Positions 40,579-54,740 of a DNA stretch of 64,000 nucleotides are shown here, piece after piece. Positions within the stretch are counted from its first letter, which is position 1; every line of letters starts with the position of its first letter. The notes under the pieces are model-generated. The model was not told the origin of the DNA. It ran no database searches and was given only the letters and a program-made list of their open reading frames with translations. Origin of the DNA: Nannocystis bainbridge (lineage in GTDB: Bacteria; Myxococcota_A; Polyangia; Nannocystales; Nannocystaceae); the NCBI RefSeq assembly GCF_028368995.1, contig NZ_JAQNDL010000001.1, forward strand, positions 3,456,001 through 3,520,000, written 5' to 3'. A program made the position numbers and the translations under genes.

Positions 40579-41763
40579 ATGCTCCGCGCCGCCCTCGTCC
40601 TCGCCGTCGCGCTCGCCGGGACCGCCTGCAACGCGCCTGCGCCGGCCCCTGCCGCCAAGCCCGAGGCCGCCCCGAGCGCCCAGCCGACCCCGCAGCCGGC
40701 TCCGCCCGCGCCCGCCCCGGCGCCCGTCAGGGCCCGCGACCCCCTGTGCGAGGCCGGCGCGGCCCCCCTGGCGGCCCTGCGCGCGCACACCGGCGCGGCG
40801 TCGATCGCCTACGCCGGCACGCCGCTGCAGCAGTGGGTGGCGGCCAGCGACGCCGCCACGGGCCGTCACGACGACGCCGCGATCGCCGCGGTGCTGGTCG
40901 ACACCACCCCCGCCGGCTTCGCCTTCGTGCGCGCGCGCGTCGAGGGCTCGATCGCCCAGTGGATGCGCGACCGCCTCAAGCACGCCGCCGACGACAAGGA
41001 CGGCCGCGACGCCGCGTGGGCGGCCGCTCGCTGCGCCTGGGACGTGGCCCTGAAGCCGCTCGCGGCCGAGGTCGCCGGCGCCGAGCCGGGCCTCGCCGAG
41101 GACATCGACGCCGCCTTCGCCGCGGGCGAGGCGGCGCTCGCCGGCGGTGATACGACCGCGATCGACAAGGCGCTGCTGCCGGGCCACGAGGTGATCGAGA
41201 AGACCTGGTTCCGCCTGGCGCACCACCGCTTGATGCAGGCGCTGGCCGACGCGAAGGAGCACGGCGACCCGGTCCCGCTGGCCCGCGCGCGGGCCGTGTT
41301 CGAGGACCTGCGCGACCGCCTGAAGGACCGCAACAGCCCCGGCATCGCCGTCGTCGAGCTGGCCCTCGCGGCCCCGCCGAACAAGGTCGACGCCGCCAAG
41401 GTCGAGCGGGAGATCGCCGTGGCGGTGGCCAAGCGGGCCCGCAAGTACTGCGACGAGGCCCTCACCCCGGCCGCCAAGGGCCCGCTCGGCAGCGCGGCGG
41501 CGATGGCCACCACCGCCGAGGGCACGGCCTATACGCGAATTGTCCTTTCGGACATGTCCGAAAGGCTCAAGGACCAGGGCTTCGACGCGGCGGCGCACCT
41601 TCAGGCCTGGCAGGGCTACGCCGAGGCGGTCGCGGAGGCCGACGCCGACGAGGCGAAGCGGCTGAGCGGCGAGCTCGTGCAGTGGAACTGCGCCTACCAG
41701 CGCGCCCTGGCGATCCGCGAGTGCACGTCGTCGGCCGACGAGGTGTCGACGACGACACCTTGA
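40579..41763 (+). CDS. Helical hypothetical lipoprotein
   Basis: GTAC lipobox, Pro/Ala linker, Ala-rich helical body, GC3-rich codons. Confidence 0.75.
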   Translation: MLRAALVLAVALAGTACNAPAPAPAAKPEAAPSAQPTPQPAPPAPAPAPVRARDPLCEAGAAPLAALRAHTGAASIAYAGTPLQQWVAASDAATGRHDDAAIAAVLVDTTPAGFAFVRARVEGSIAQWMRDRLKHAADDKDGRDAAWAAARCAWDVALKPLAAEVAGAEPGLAEDIDAAFAAGEAALAGGDTTAIDKALLPGHEVIEKTWFRLAHHRLMQALADAKEHGDPVPLARARAVFEDLRDRLKDRNSPGIAVVELALAAPPNKVDAAKVEREIAVAVAKRARKYCDEALTPAAKGPLGSAAAMATTAEGTAYTRIVLSDMSERLKDQGFDAAAHLQAWQGYAEAVAEADADEAKRLSGELVQWNCAYQRALAIRECTSSADEVSTTTP

Positions 41764-42548
41764 AGTCTCCCGCATCACGCGCATCGAGCTCGACCGCGGG
41801 GCCGTGATTCTCGCGGTCGTCACGCGCAGGCTCGAAGGCCTGGGCGCGGGCCGTGATCGAGGTGTGTCGCGCGTGGCCTCGTCGGGATGAAACCTCGGTC
41901 ACCCGAGTCGCAAATTTCGCAGCGCGCATGAACTCGGATTCATGCGCCGGCGCCCGCGACCACCCGCGCTGCGGGCCTCGAAGTCAAGTTCGAAGAGGTA
42001 TCGAAGCCGTCATGCGCCGATGCCTCATGCCCTCGCGGTGCGCCGCATCATGGACAGCCCGACGAGGTCACGTCGTCGCACGAAGTCGAGTGTGTCCCCG
42101 TCGACACCCACCCGCGCTCGATCGATGAATCGGGCCTGGAAGCGCCCGTTTACGCCATCTTTAGCCACATTGATGTCGCCTTGATTTGACGATCCGGAGC
42201 CCTCGCCAATGGTTTCGGCATGCGCCACACAGGACTCGCCGCCCGCATGATTTTCGCCGAACGCTTCACGGCCGCCGTCATCGATCGGCCGTTCTACGCC
42301 GGACTCAAGATGGTCGCCGCACGCCCGCGCGTGAACGAGCCGATCGTCGTCGCTCCCGCCGAGCCCGCAGTGGCTGCGCCGATGCCGCGCGCGGCCTAGC
42401 CGGTCGGACCCCTCGGTCCGGCGCGCTGGTCGGCGCGCCGCGCGTCGCACCGTCTCTCCAACCTTCGGCTGCTTTTCACCTTCCTCAAAGGACATGACCC
42501 TTCGAGCATGTGCTCAGGGCCATGTCCTTTCGTCGTACCCGCCGGCGC

Positions 42549-43094
42549 TCACTCGTGCAGCGCGGGGATCACGAGGACCGGGCAGATCGCCTCGCGGATG
42601 ACGCGGTCGGCGGTGCTGCCGACGAAGAACCGGGCCACCCGCGAGCGCCCGCTGGCCGCCAGCACGATCAGGTCGGCGGCCTTCTTCTCCGACTCCTCGA
42701 TGATGACGCTGACGGCCACCCCCGGGCGCGCCTCGATCTCGACCTGCACCCCGCCGCAGTGGCGCTGGACGATCACCTCGAGCGCGGCCCTCGAAGTCTT
42801 CTGCGCCGCCTCGTGGACGTCGGTCAGCACCTGCGACGACAGCCCGACGCTGAGGTTGCCGGCGTACATCGTGCTGTAGTTGAGCGCCGGCGTGACGTGG
42901 AGCAGGACCACGGTGCCGAGGCTGGCGCGCGCGAGGTCGGCCGCGAGGATCACGCTGCGCACGGAGCTGGGCGAGAACTCGATATACTGGCCGTCGACCT
43001 CGACGGCCTGTCCGGCGGCGATGTGCTCGTCGCTCGCCGGTGAGAAGTCGACCGGCACCAGGATCTTGGTGAAGGGGGCGCGCGCGAGGGTCAT
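42549..43094 (-). CDS. Universal stress protein
   Basis: KILVPVDFS, LLHV, ADLIVLAASGR...FFVGSTADRVIREAICPVLVI. Confidence 0.92.
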   Translation of the reverse strand: MTLARAPFTKILVPVDFSPASDEHIAAGQAVEVDGQYIEFSPSSVRSVILAADLARASLGTVVLLHVTPALNYSTMYAGNLSVGLSSQVLTDVHEAAQKTSRAALEVIVQRHCGGVQVEIEARPGVAVSVIIEESEKKAADLIVLAASGRSRVARFFVGSTADRVIREAICPVLVIPALHE

Positions 43095-43137
43095 GCCGCT
43101 ATTGTAGTACACCCACGATCGGGTGGAAGGTGGACGC

Positions 43138-44442
43138 ATGTCACGCCCCGTGCCCGGGCCGCGCCTCGCCCCGCTCGCCAACTATCGCTTCGCCGTCGAC
43201 CCCTACGGCTTCTTCGCGGCCTGCAAGCGGCGCTACGGCGATCCGTTCGCGTTCCACCTCGCGGGCAAGCGGCTGGTCGTCACCGGTCAGCCCGAGCTCG
43301 CCCGGGTGATCTTCACGCTGGACCCGGACGCCACCCGCTCGTTCGGCACCGACCACCTCGACGCGCTGCTCGGCGACAGCTCGCTGATCGTCGTCAGCGG
43401 CGAGCGTCACCGCCGCGACCGCAAGCTGCTGACCCCGCCGTTCCACGGCGCCCGCATGCGCTCGTACGGCGCGATCATCCGCGAGGCCACGCGCCGCCAC
43501 GCTGCCGAATGGAAGGTCGGCCAACCATTCGTCATGCAGCACACGACCCAGGCGATCTCGCTCGAGGTGATCGTGCGCGCGGTGTTCGGGGTGACGGACC
43601 CGGCCCAGATCGCCCACGTCGGCGAGTCGCTGGTGGCGGTGATCGAGGCGCTGCACCCGACGCTGCTGTTCTCGCGCCACATCCAGCGCGACCTCGGGCC
43701 GCTGACCCCGTGGCGCCGCTTCGCCGCCGCCCAGGCCCGCGCCCACGCGCTCACGCGCTCGCAGATCGCCGCGCGGCGGGCTCAGCCGGCGGACGACATC
43801 CTGAGCCTCATGCTCGCGGTGCGCGACGAGGACGGCCACCCGCTCGAGGACGACGAGCTGGTCGACGAGCTGCTCACGCTGCTGTTCGCCGGCCACGAGA
43901 CCACCGCGATCGCGCTGGCCTGGGCGTTCGCGTGGTTGCTGCGCGCGCCGGCGGTGTTCGCCCGCCTGCGCGCCGAGTTGGTCGCGCTCGGCCCGGACCC
44001 CGACTGCGAGGCCGTGGCCGCGCTGCCCTACCTAGACGCGGTGTGCCACGAGGTCCTGCGCCTGTGGCCGATCATCCCCATCGTCCCGCGCACCCTGGTG
44101 CGCCCGCTGCAGCTCGGCCCATACGAGCTGCAGCCGGGCACCGCCGTCGCCGTCGGCACCGCGCTGCTGCATCAGGACCCGATCCTCTACCCCGACCCGC
44201 ACACGTTCCGGCCCGAGCGGTTCCTCGACCGCAAGCCCTCGCCGTTCGAGTTTACGCCGTTCGGCGGCGGGCATCGGCGCTGCATCGGCGCCGCGTTCGC
44301 GATCTACGAGATGAAGCAAGCGCTCGCGGTGCTGGTGCCGGAGTACGACCTGCGGCTGATCGACCGCACGCCGCCGCGGCCAGTTCGACGCAACCTGTCG
44401 CTCGGCCCGGCCGGCGGCGTGCACGTCGTGCGCGCCTCCTGA
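43138..44442 (+). CDS. Cytochrome P450
   Basis: AGHETT I-helix, EVLR, FRPERF, PFGGGHRRCIG heme Cys. Confidence 0.96.
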   Translation: MSRPVPGPRLAPLANYRFAVDPYGFFAACKRRYGDPFAFHLAGKRLVVTGQPELARVIFTLDPDATRSFGTDHLDALLGDSSLIVVSGERHRRDRKLLTPPFHGARMRSYGAIIREATRRHAAEWKVGQPFVMQHTTQAISLEVIVRAVFGVTDPAQIAHVGESLVAVIEALHPTLLFSRHIQRDLGPLTPWRRFAAAQARAHALTRSQIAARRAQPADDILSLMLAVRDEDGHPLEDDELVDELLTLLFAGHETTAIALAWAFAWLLRAPAVFARLRAELVALGPDPDCEAVAALPYLDAVCHEVLRLWPIIPIVPRTLVRPLQLGPYELQPGTAVAVGTALLHQDPILYPDPHTFRPERFLDRKPSPFEFTPFGGGHRRCIGAAFAIYEMKQALAVLVPEYDLRLIDRTPPRPVRRNLSLGPAGGVHVVRAS

Positions 44443-44547
44443 GCACTACCCCGGAGCCGTGGCCCGGCGTATCTTGATCGGCGGTGGCCGAGCATCCCTC
44501 ACGCATCACCGCCGGCGCCTCCCGCATGCGTCCAGGAGCCCAAGTGT

Positions 44548-45168
44548 ATGGAGTCGCGTAACAACATCCCCGGCCTCGCGCTCCTGGCCCTGAGCTTCAC
44601 CGGTTGTGCCGGCGGCGATCCGGCACCCGACCCCATCATCGGCGACTGGCGGGCGATCCAGGTCGACGGCGCGAAGCAGCCCTCGACCGAGTCGTACGGC
44701 GGGGAGCCGTTCCTGCGCGGCACGCAGCTCCGCATCGGTGACGACCTCGCCGGCGAGCTGGCCCTGTACCGCACGGCCGACTACGACGGCATCGACTACG
44801 ACGGCGAGCGCGTGGCCGACCTGGTCGTCGTCGCCTCGGGAGCGCCGAAGTACCGCATCGAAGTCGGGCACGATTTCTTCGACGGCGACGGCGACGAGAG
44901 TTCCCCGGCCGAACCGATCACCGGCTACGCCGACACCGAGTACGGCGACACCGAGGATCCCGGCGGCGCTGACGACGGCGCCCTCGCCGAAGACGACGAC
45001 CTCGCCGGGGTCCGGCCGCTGAAGCTGCCGGGCGCGCCGGCGCTGGCGCCCGCGGCGACGGTGTTCGCCTGCGACCTCGCGGGCGACACCTTGACCTGCG
45101 ACCGCGAGGGCGCGGACGACAAAAAGCACTGGGTGTTCGCCCGCATCCGCCCGGAAGACGAGGTCTGA
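44548..45168 (+). CDS. Acidic lipoprotein, tandem paralog A
   Basis: FTGC lipobox; IIGDW, APKYRIEV, FACDL..DTLTC. Confidence 0.8.
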   Translation: MESRNNIPGLALLALSFTGCAGGDPAPDPIIGDWRAIQVDGAKQPSTESYGGEPFLRGTQLRIGDDLAGELALYRTADYDGIDYDGERVADLVVVASGAPKYRIEVGHDFFDGDGDESSPAEPITGYADTEYGDTEDPGGADDGALAEDDDLAGVRPLKLPGAPALAPAATVFACDLAGDTLTCDREGADDKKHWVFARIRPEDEV

Positions 45169-45173
45169 GCGTC

Positions 45174-45752
45174 ATGCAGCCGCGCATCCCCCTCCTGGCC
45201 CTCGTCGGCCTCCAGTTCACGCGCTGCACCGGCGGCGACGAAGCGCAGGTGAACCCGATCGTCGGCGACTGGGGCGCTGTCCAGCGCGACGGCGACAAGC
45301 TGCCCGACGTCTACGTCCACGGCCCCTCCACCGACGTGAGCGGCCTGCGGCTCGAGATCGACGACGAGCTCGGCGGCAGCTTCGAGTACTACAGCGAGCT
45401 CACGTACGAGACCTACGAGTACCGCCACAGCTTCGGCTCGGAGCTGCTCGTCGACGACAGCGCCGCGCCGAAGTACCGCATCGAGGTGCAGAAGGACATC
45501 TTCGGCGGCGACGAGGCCTACACCGACAGCGTCGGCACCGCCGTCACCTCCGACGGCTACGAAGACTACGGCGACGGCGGCGACGGCCTTGCGCCGGGAC
45601 TCGCGGCCCCGAGCCGGCCGATCGTCGCGCCCGCGGAGCTGGTCTTCACCTGTACTTTGGACCAGGACACCCTCACGTGCACGGGCGAGGGTTCGGCCCC
45701 GGAGTCGATCATCTTCAAGCGCAAGCGGCCGCCGGCGGCGGGCGAGGGCTGA
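45174..45752 (+). CDS. Acidic lipoprotein, tandem paralog B
   Basis: IVGDW, APKYRIEV, FTCTL..DTLTC shared with paralog A. Confidence 0.8.
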   Translation: MQPRIPLLALVGLQFTRCTGGDEAQVNPIVGDWGAVQRDGDKLPDVYVHGPSTDVSGLRLEIDDELGGSFEYYSELTYETYEYRHSFGSELLVDDSAAPKYRIEVQKDIFGGDEAYTDSVGTAVTSDGYEDYGDGGDGLAPGLAAPSRPIVAPAELVFTCTLDQDTLTCTGEGSAPESIIFKRKRPPAAGEG

Positions 45753-45793
45753 CGCTGGCCCGCTCGCGCGCGCGATGCTAACTCGCGCGCACG

Positions 45794-46690
45794 ATGCCCA
45801 AGCTGTCCCACGAGGCGCTCGTCCAGCTGGTCCGTCACGCTCCGGCGCTGATCCCCGACCTGCTGTGGCCCGGCGAGGCCAGGACCGGACCGATCCGGAT
45901 CACCGCCGGCGAGTTCGTCGACCTCAACTTCGCCGAGCACCGGGCCGACGTGGTGCTCGGCCTCGGCGGCGCGGCCGACCGTCCCGCCGAGGCGCTGGTG
46001 GTCGAGGTCCAGGTCGAACGCGACCCTCGCAAGCGCTGGACCTGGCCGGTGTACGTCGCCGGCCTGCGCGCGCGCCTCGGCTGTCCGGTCACCCTCGTGG
46101 TCGTGTCGCTCGACCCCGAGGTGGCCCGCTGGTGCGCCGAGCCGATCGACCTCGGCCGCCGCCGCACCACCGTCCACCCGTGGGTGCTCGGGCCCGAGGC
46201 CGTGCCCGTGATCACCGACCTCGAGCGGGCCCGCGAGCTGCCCGAGCTGGCGGTGCTGTCGGTCGCGGCCCACGCCGCCGAACCCGGCGCCGAGCAGATC
46301 GCCCTCGTCGCCCTCGAGGCCACCCGCGAGCTCGACGACCAGCGGGGGATCCTCTATCCTGACTTCGTCGTCGCCCTCCTGGGCCGCGTGGCCCGCACCG
46401 CGCTGGAGAAGCTCCTCATGGCCAACGGACGCTGGGAACCGCTGAGTGACATGTTCCGCAAACCTTGGCTCGAAGGCATCGCCGAGGGCGAAGCCAAGGG
46501 GTTCGCGCTCGGCAGGGCCGACATGCTGCTCAAGCTGCTCCAGCTCAAAGGCTTCGCGGTGACCGAGGCCCAGCGCGGCCGCGTGCTCGACTGCCGCGAC
46601 GAGGCCCAGCTCGACGCCTGGGCCGGCCGCGTGCTGACGGCCACCCGCCTCGACGAAGTGTTCGACGAGCCGGGCCCGGGCCCGACCTGA
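45794..46690 (+). CDS. Rpn-like / PD-(D/E)xK-type hypothetical protein
   Basis: HRADVVL...VVEVQ...KRWTWPVY, PELAVLS, EGIAEGEAKG, QLDAWAGRVLTA. Confidence 0.75.
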   Translation: MPKLSHEALVQLVRHAPALIPDLLWPGEARTGPIRITAGEFVDLNFAEHRADVVLGLGGAADRPAEALVVEVQVERDPRKRWTWPVYVAGLRARLGCPVTLVVVSLDPEVARWCAEPIDLGRRRTTVHPWVLGPEAVPVITDLERARELPELAVLSVAAHAAEPGAEQIALVALEATRELDDQRGILYPDFVVALLGRVARTALEKLLMANGRWEPLSDMFRKPWLEGIAEGEAKGFALGRADMLLKLLQLKGFAVTEAQRGRVLDCRDEAQLDAWAGRVLTATRLDEVFDEPGPGPT

Positions 46691-46723
46691 GCCGCCCCGT
46701 GTCCGTGGTTCGAGGGGCCACCG

Positions 46724-46775
46724 AAACCTGGCCTCAAGGGCATGTCCCAAAGAACATGTCCATGAAGACATCTCA
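46724..46775. repeat. 14-bp-period decamer array (4 units)
   Basis: Cores at 46727, 46741, 46755, 46769. Confidence 0.8.
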
Positions 46776-46954
46776 CTCGCCCCGTGCGGCGTGACGCGCG
46801 CGGCGTGAATCACCCTTCAGCCCCGGCGCGCCCGAGGAGAGGATCCGCCTGCATCGCCCGGCGGTCGTGCTCTTGGGCACACGCGCGGGCGGCCCTCATC
46901 GGGCCGCGCTCGTTGCTCGCGACCGGGGGTCCGGGCTAGCGTCTCGCCGCTCCG

Positions 46955-48130
46955 ATGACGGACGGCGACTCACTCGGCGTGCACGACCTCCCCGAAGCCA
47001 CTGACACCCCCGCGACGGACGGGACCTCGCTCGAGCTGCGAGTCGTCGACGGCATGCCGACCTGGTTCGGCCGCCGGCTCGCGCGCGCGCTGCTGCGGCT
47101 GGTCAGCATGGAGGAGAACAAGCCCGCGCAGCTGACCCAGGTCGTCACGCCGACGGCCGGCTATTTCCGCCGCGACCGCCACGTCCACCCCGCCGTCGAC
47201 CCCGGCACCTACCGCCTGCAGATCACCGGCGTCGCCACCCCGCGCGTCCTGACCCTGCCCGAGCTGCTGGCCCTGCCCCGCGAGACCCGCGTGTGCGTGC
47301 AGGAGTGCGCCGGCAATGGCAACCACCTCCAGGGCTCGGCCGGGCTGTGCGGCCAGGCCGTTTGGGAGGGCCCGAGCTTCGCCAGCCTGCTCGAGCTGTG
47401 CGGCGGCCCGGGCCTCGCCACGCACTTCGCCTGTCACGGCCTCGACGACCTCGGCTTCCTCAAGCGCGGCTACCACTACGGACTGTCGCTCGACGAGCTC
47501 ACGCGCGCGCGGGCGATCGTGGCCGTGACGATGAACGGCGAGCCGCTGTCGCGCCGCCACGGCTTCCCGTCGCGCCTGATCGTGCCGCGCATCTACTCGA
47601 TGTCGCACGTCAAGTGGCTCGGCCACATCGAGGGCAAGACGCAGCCGCACATGGGCATCCACAACCGCTTCGTCTTCACCAACAAGGAGAAGCGCGGCGA
47701 CAAGTGGGTGCGCGTGCAGGCGCGATGGATCGGCCTCAAGTCGATCGTGTCCGACTGCCGCGCGGCCCAGGGCGGCGGCTGGCTGCTGCGCGGGGCGGCG
47801 TGGGGCGGCGAGCGCCCGGTCGCCGCCGTCGAGGTCAGCACCGACGGCGGCCTCTCGTGGCAGCGCGCCGACCTGCGGCCGATCTCCGAACAGGTCGCCC
47901 GCGACGCCCGCCTGGCCTCCGGCGAGGTCGACGGCGCGTGGTCGGTGTTCTCGTTCCGCTGGCAGCCGCCCGGCCCCGGCACCTACAAGATCGGCTCGCG
48001 GGTGATCGACGCGGACGGCAACGTCCAGGCCCTCGACAACGACCCCAACGTGCACGGCCACTTCAACCAGACCCGCGTCAAGTGGCGCATGGTCACCGTG
48101 CCCGAGAACCGGCTTCCGGCTGGCGCTTGA
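46955..48130 (+). CDS. Sulfite-oxidase-family molybdopterin oxidoreductase
   Basis: ECAGN Mo-ligand Cys, MNGEPL..HGFPSRLIVP, VKWL, VEVSTDGG.SW. Confidence 0.9.
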   Translation: MTDGDSLGVHDLPEATDTPATDGTSLELRVVDGMPTWFGRRLARALLRLVSMEENKPAQLTQVVTPTAGYFRRDRHVHPAVDPGTYRLQITGVATPRVLTLPELLALPRETRVCVQECAGNGNHLQGSAGLCGQAVWEGPSFASLLELCGGPGLATHFACHGLDDLGFLKRGYHYGLSLDELTRARAIVAVTMNGEPLSRRHGFPSRLIVPRIYSMSHVKWLGHIEGKTQPHMGIHNRFVFTNKEKRGDKWVRVQARWIGLKSIVSDCRAAQGGGWLLRGAAWGGERPVAAVEVSTDGGLSWQRADLRPISEQVARDARLASGEVDGAWSVFSFRWQPPGPGTYKIGSRVIDADGNVQALDNDPNVHGHFNQTRVKWRMVTVPENRLPAGA

Positions 48131-48182
48131 GACATGCCCTGAAGGGCATGTCCTGGCGGGCATGCTCATCCGAGCATGTCCG
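48130..48182. repeat. 14-bp-period decamer array (4 CATG units)
   Basis: CATG at 48133, 48147, 48161, 48175. Confidence 0.88.
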
Positions 48183-48337
48183 ATCGGGCACCCCGCGCTC
48201 GCGCACCGAGCGCTGAGGCGCCGCGCATGGCCGAGCGGTGACGGCTCGCTCCGGCGCCTCTCCGCTCCGTGGGCACCGCGCGCCGTACGGGCGACGCCTG
48301 CACGAGCCACCTCGTGCCGCCGCTGCCCGTGAAACGC

Positions 48338-48372
48338 AAAAAGCGACGACCTCCGCGCGGGAGGTCGTCGCT
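48338..48372 (-). terminator. Intrinsic terminator after the dehydratase-activase gene
   Basis: AGCGACGACCTCC/GGAGGTCGTCGCT stem followed by a T run on the minus strand. Confidence 0.8.
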
Positions 48373-48392
48373 CTGCTCACCTGACCTTCAGG

Positions 48393-52166
<3,774 letters not shown>

Positions 52167-52172
<6 letters not shown>

Positions 52173-52230
52173 GTTCTGAAGTTCCTGTTCCTGAAGACCT
52201 GGCGGGAAGGACCTGTCCTGAAGGACTGGC
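52167..52230. repeat. 14-bp-period decamer array filling the intergenic gap and covering the ATG
   Basis: Cores CATG 52170, CCTG 52184, 52198, 52212. Confidence 0.8.
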
Positions 52231-54033
<1,803 letters not shown>

Positions 54034-54446
54034 CTGGGTCCTGCCGGGCGGTCTAAAGTTGGCTGACAGTGTCGTCAGTGACACAGGTGTCAGTCAACCG
54101 AGAAGAGTCCTGCACACTTCCCGAAAAGCGGCAAGAAAGTGGGCCACGGGGCGAATTGACCCACGGGCGGGTCCCGAGCCGGGGCTTGAAAACCCCTGAC
54201 CACCGGGAGAGTTTCGAGCGGTTTCGCGCAGGCGCGAGCGCGGGTCCGAACGGCATTTTGCGCCGCTGGGAGCGGGATTCAGGGTCGGGCAGCACGGCCC
54301 GGCGGCTCGGCTCGCCGTGGAGAGGATCGCGGCCGACCGCTCGCGTGCGCGAGCCGCGAGGCCGCGTGGGCCGATCTCGGTGAGGGCGGTGTCACGAAGG
54401 ATCTCGCCACGTGACGGGCACGACCTCGCGTCGCGCGCGGTGGCTC

Positions 54447-54736
54447 GGCTGCGGCGAGCCGAGGCGCGGACACTGCATGTCTCGGAGGACAGCCGACTGC
54501 TTCGGACGCCTCGACCACGGCGTCGGCTGCGGTGAGCCGAGGTCTCGGTCGCTACATGTCCTGAAGGACAGCCGACCGCTTCGGGGCGCCACGTCTGCGG
54601 CTGCGGTGAGCCAAGGTCCCGGTCGCTACATGTCCTGAAGGACAGCGACTGCTTCGGAGGCCTCGACCGCGGCGTCGGCTGCGGTGAGCCGATCGGTCGC
54701 CACATGTCCCGAAGGACAGCCACTGCTTCGGGCGCC
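54447..54736. repeat. 74-78-bp tandem repeat (~4 copies), each with a CATGTCC-N4-GGACAG pair
   Basis: ggctgcggYgagcc at 54447, 54525, 54599, 54677; CATG at 54476, 54555, 54629, 54703. Confidence 0.9.
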
Positions 54737-54740
54737 GCGA

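Noticed and set aside
41764-42490. Possible pseudogene or ORF 42025-42495
   Set aside because: Lower GC and atypical codons, with no recognisable motif in the frames examined.
45794-46690. Active insertion sequence
   Set aside because: Rpn-like protein without terminal inverted repeats or target duplications.
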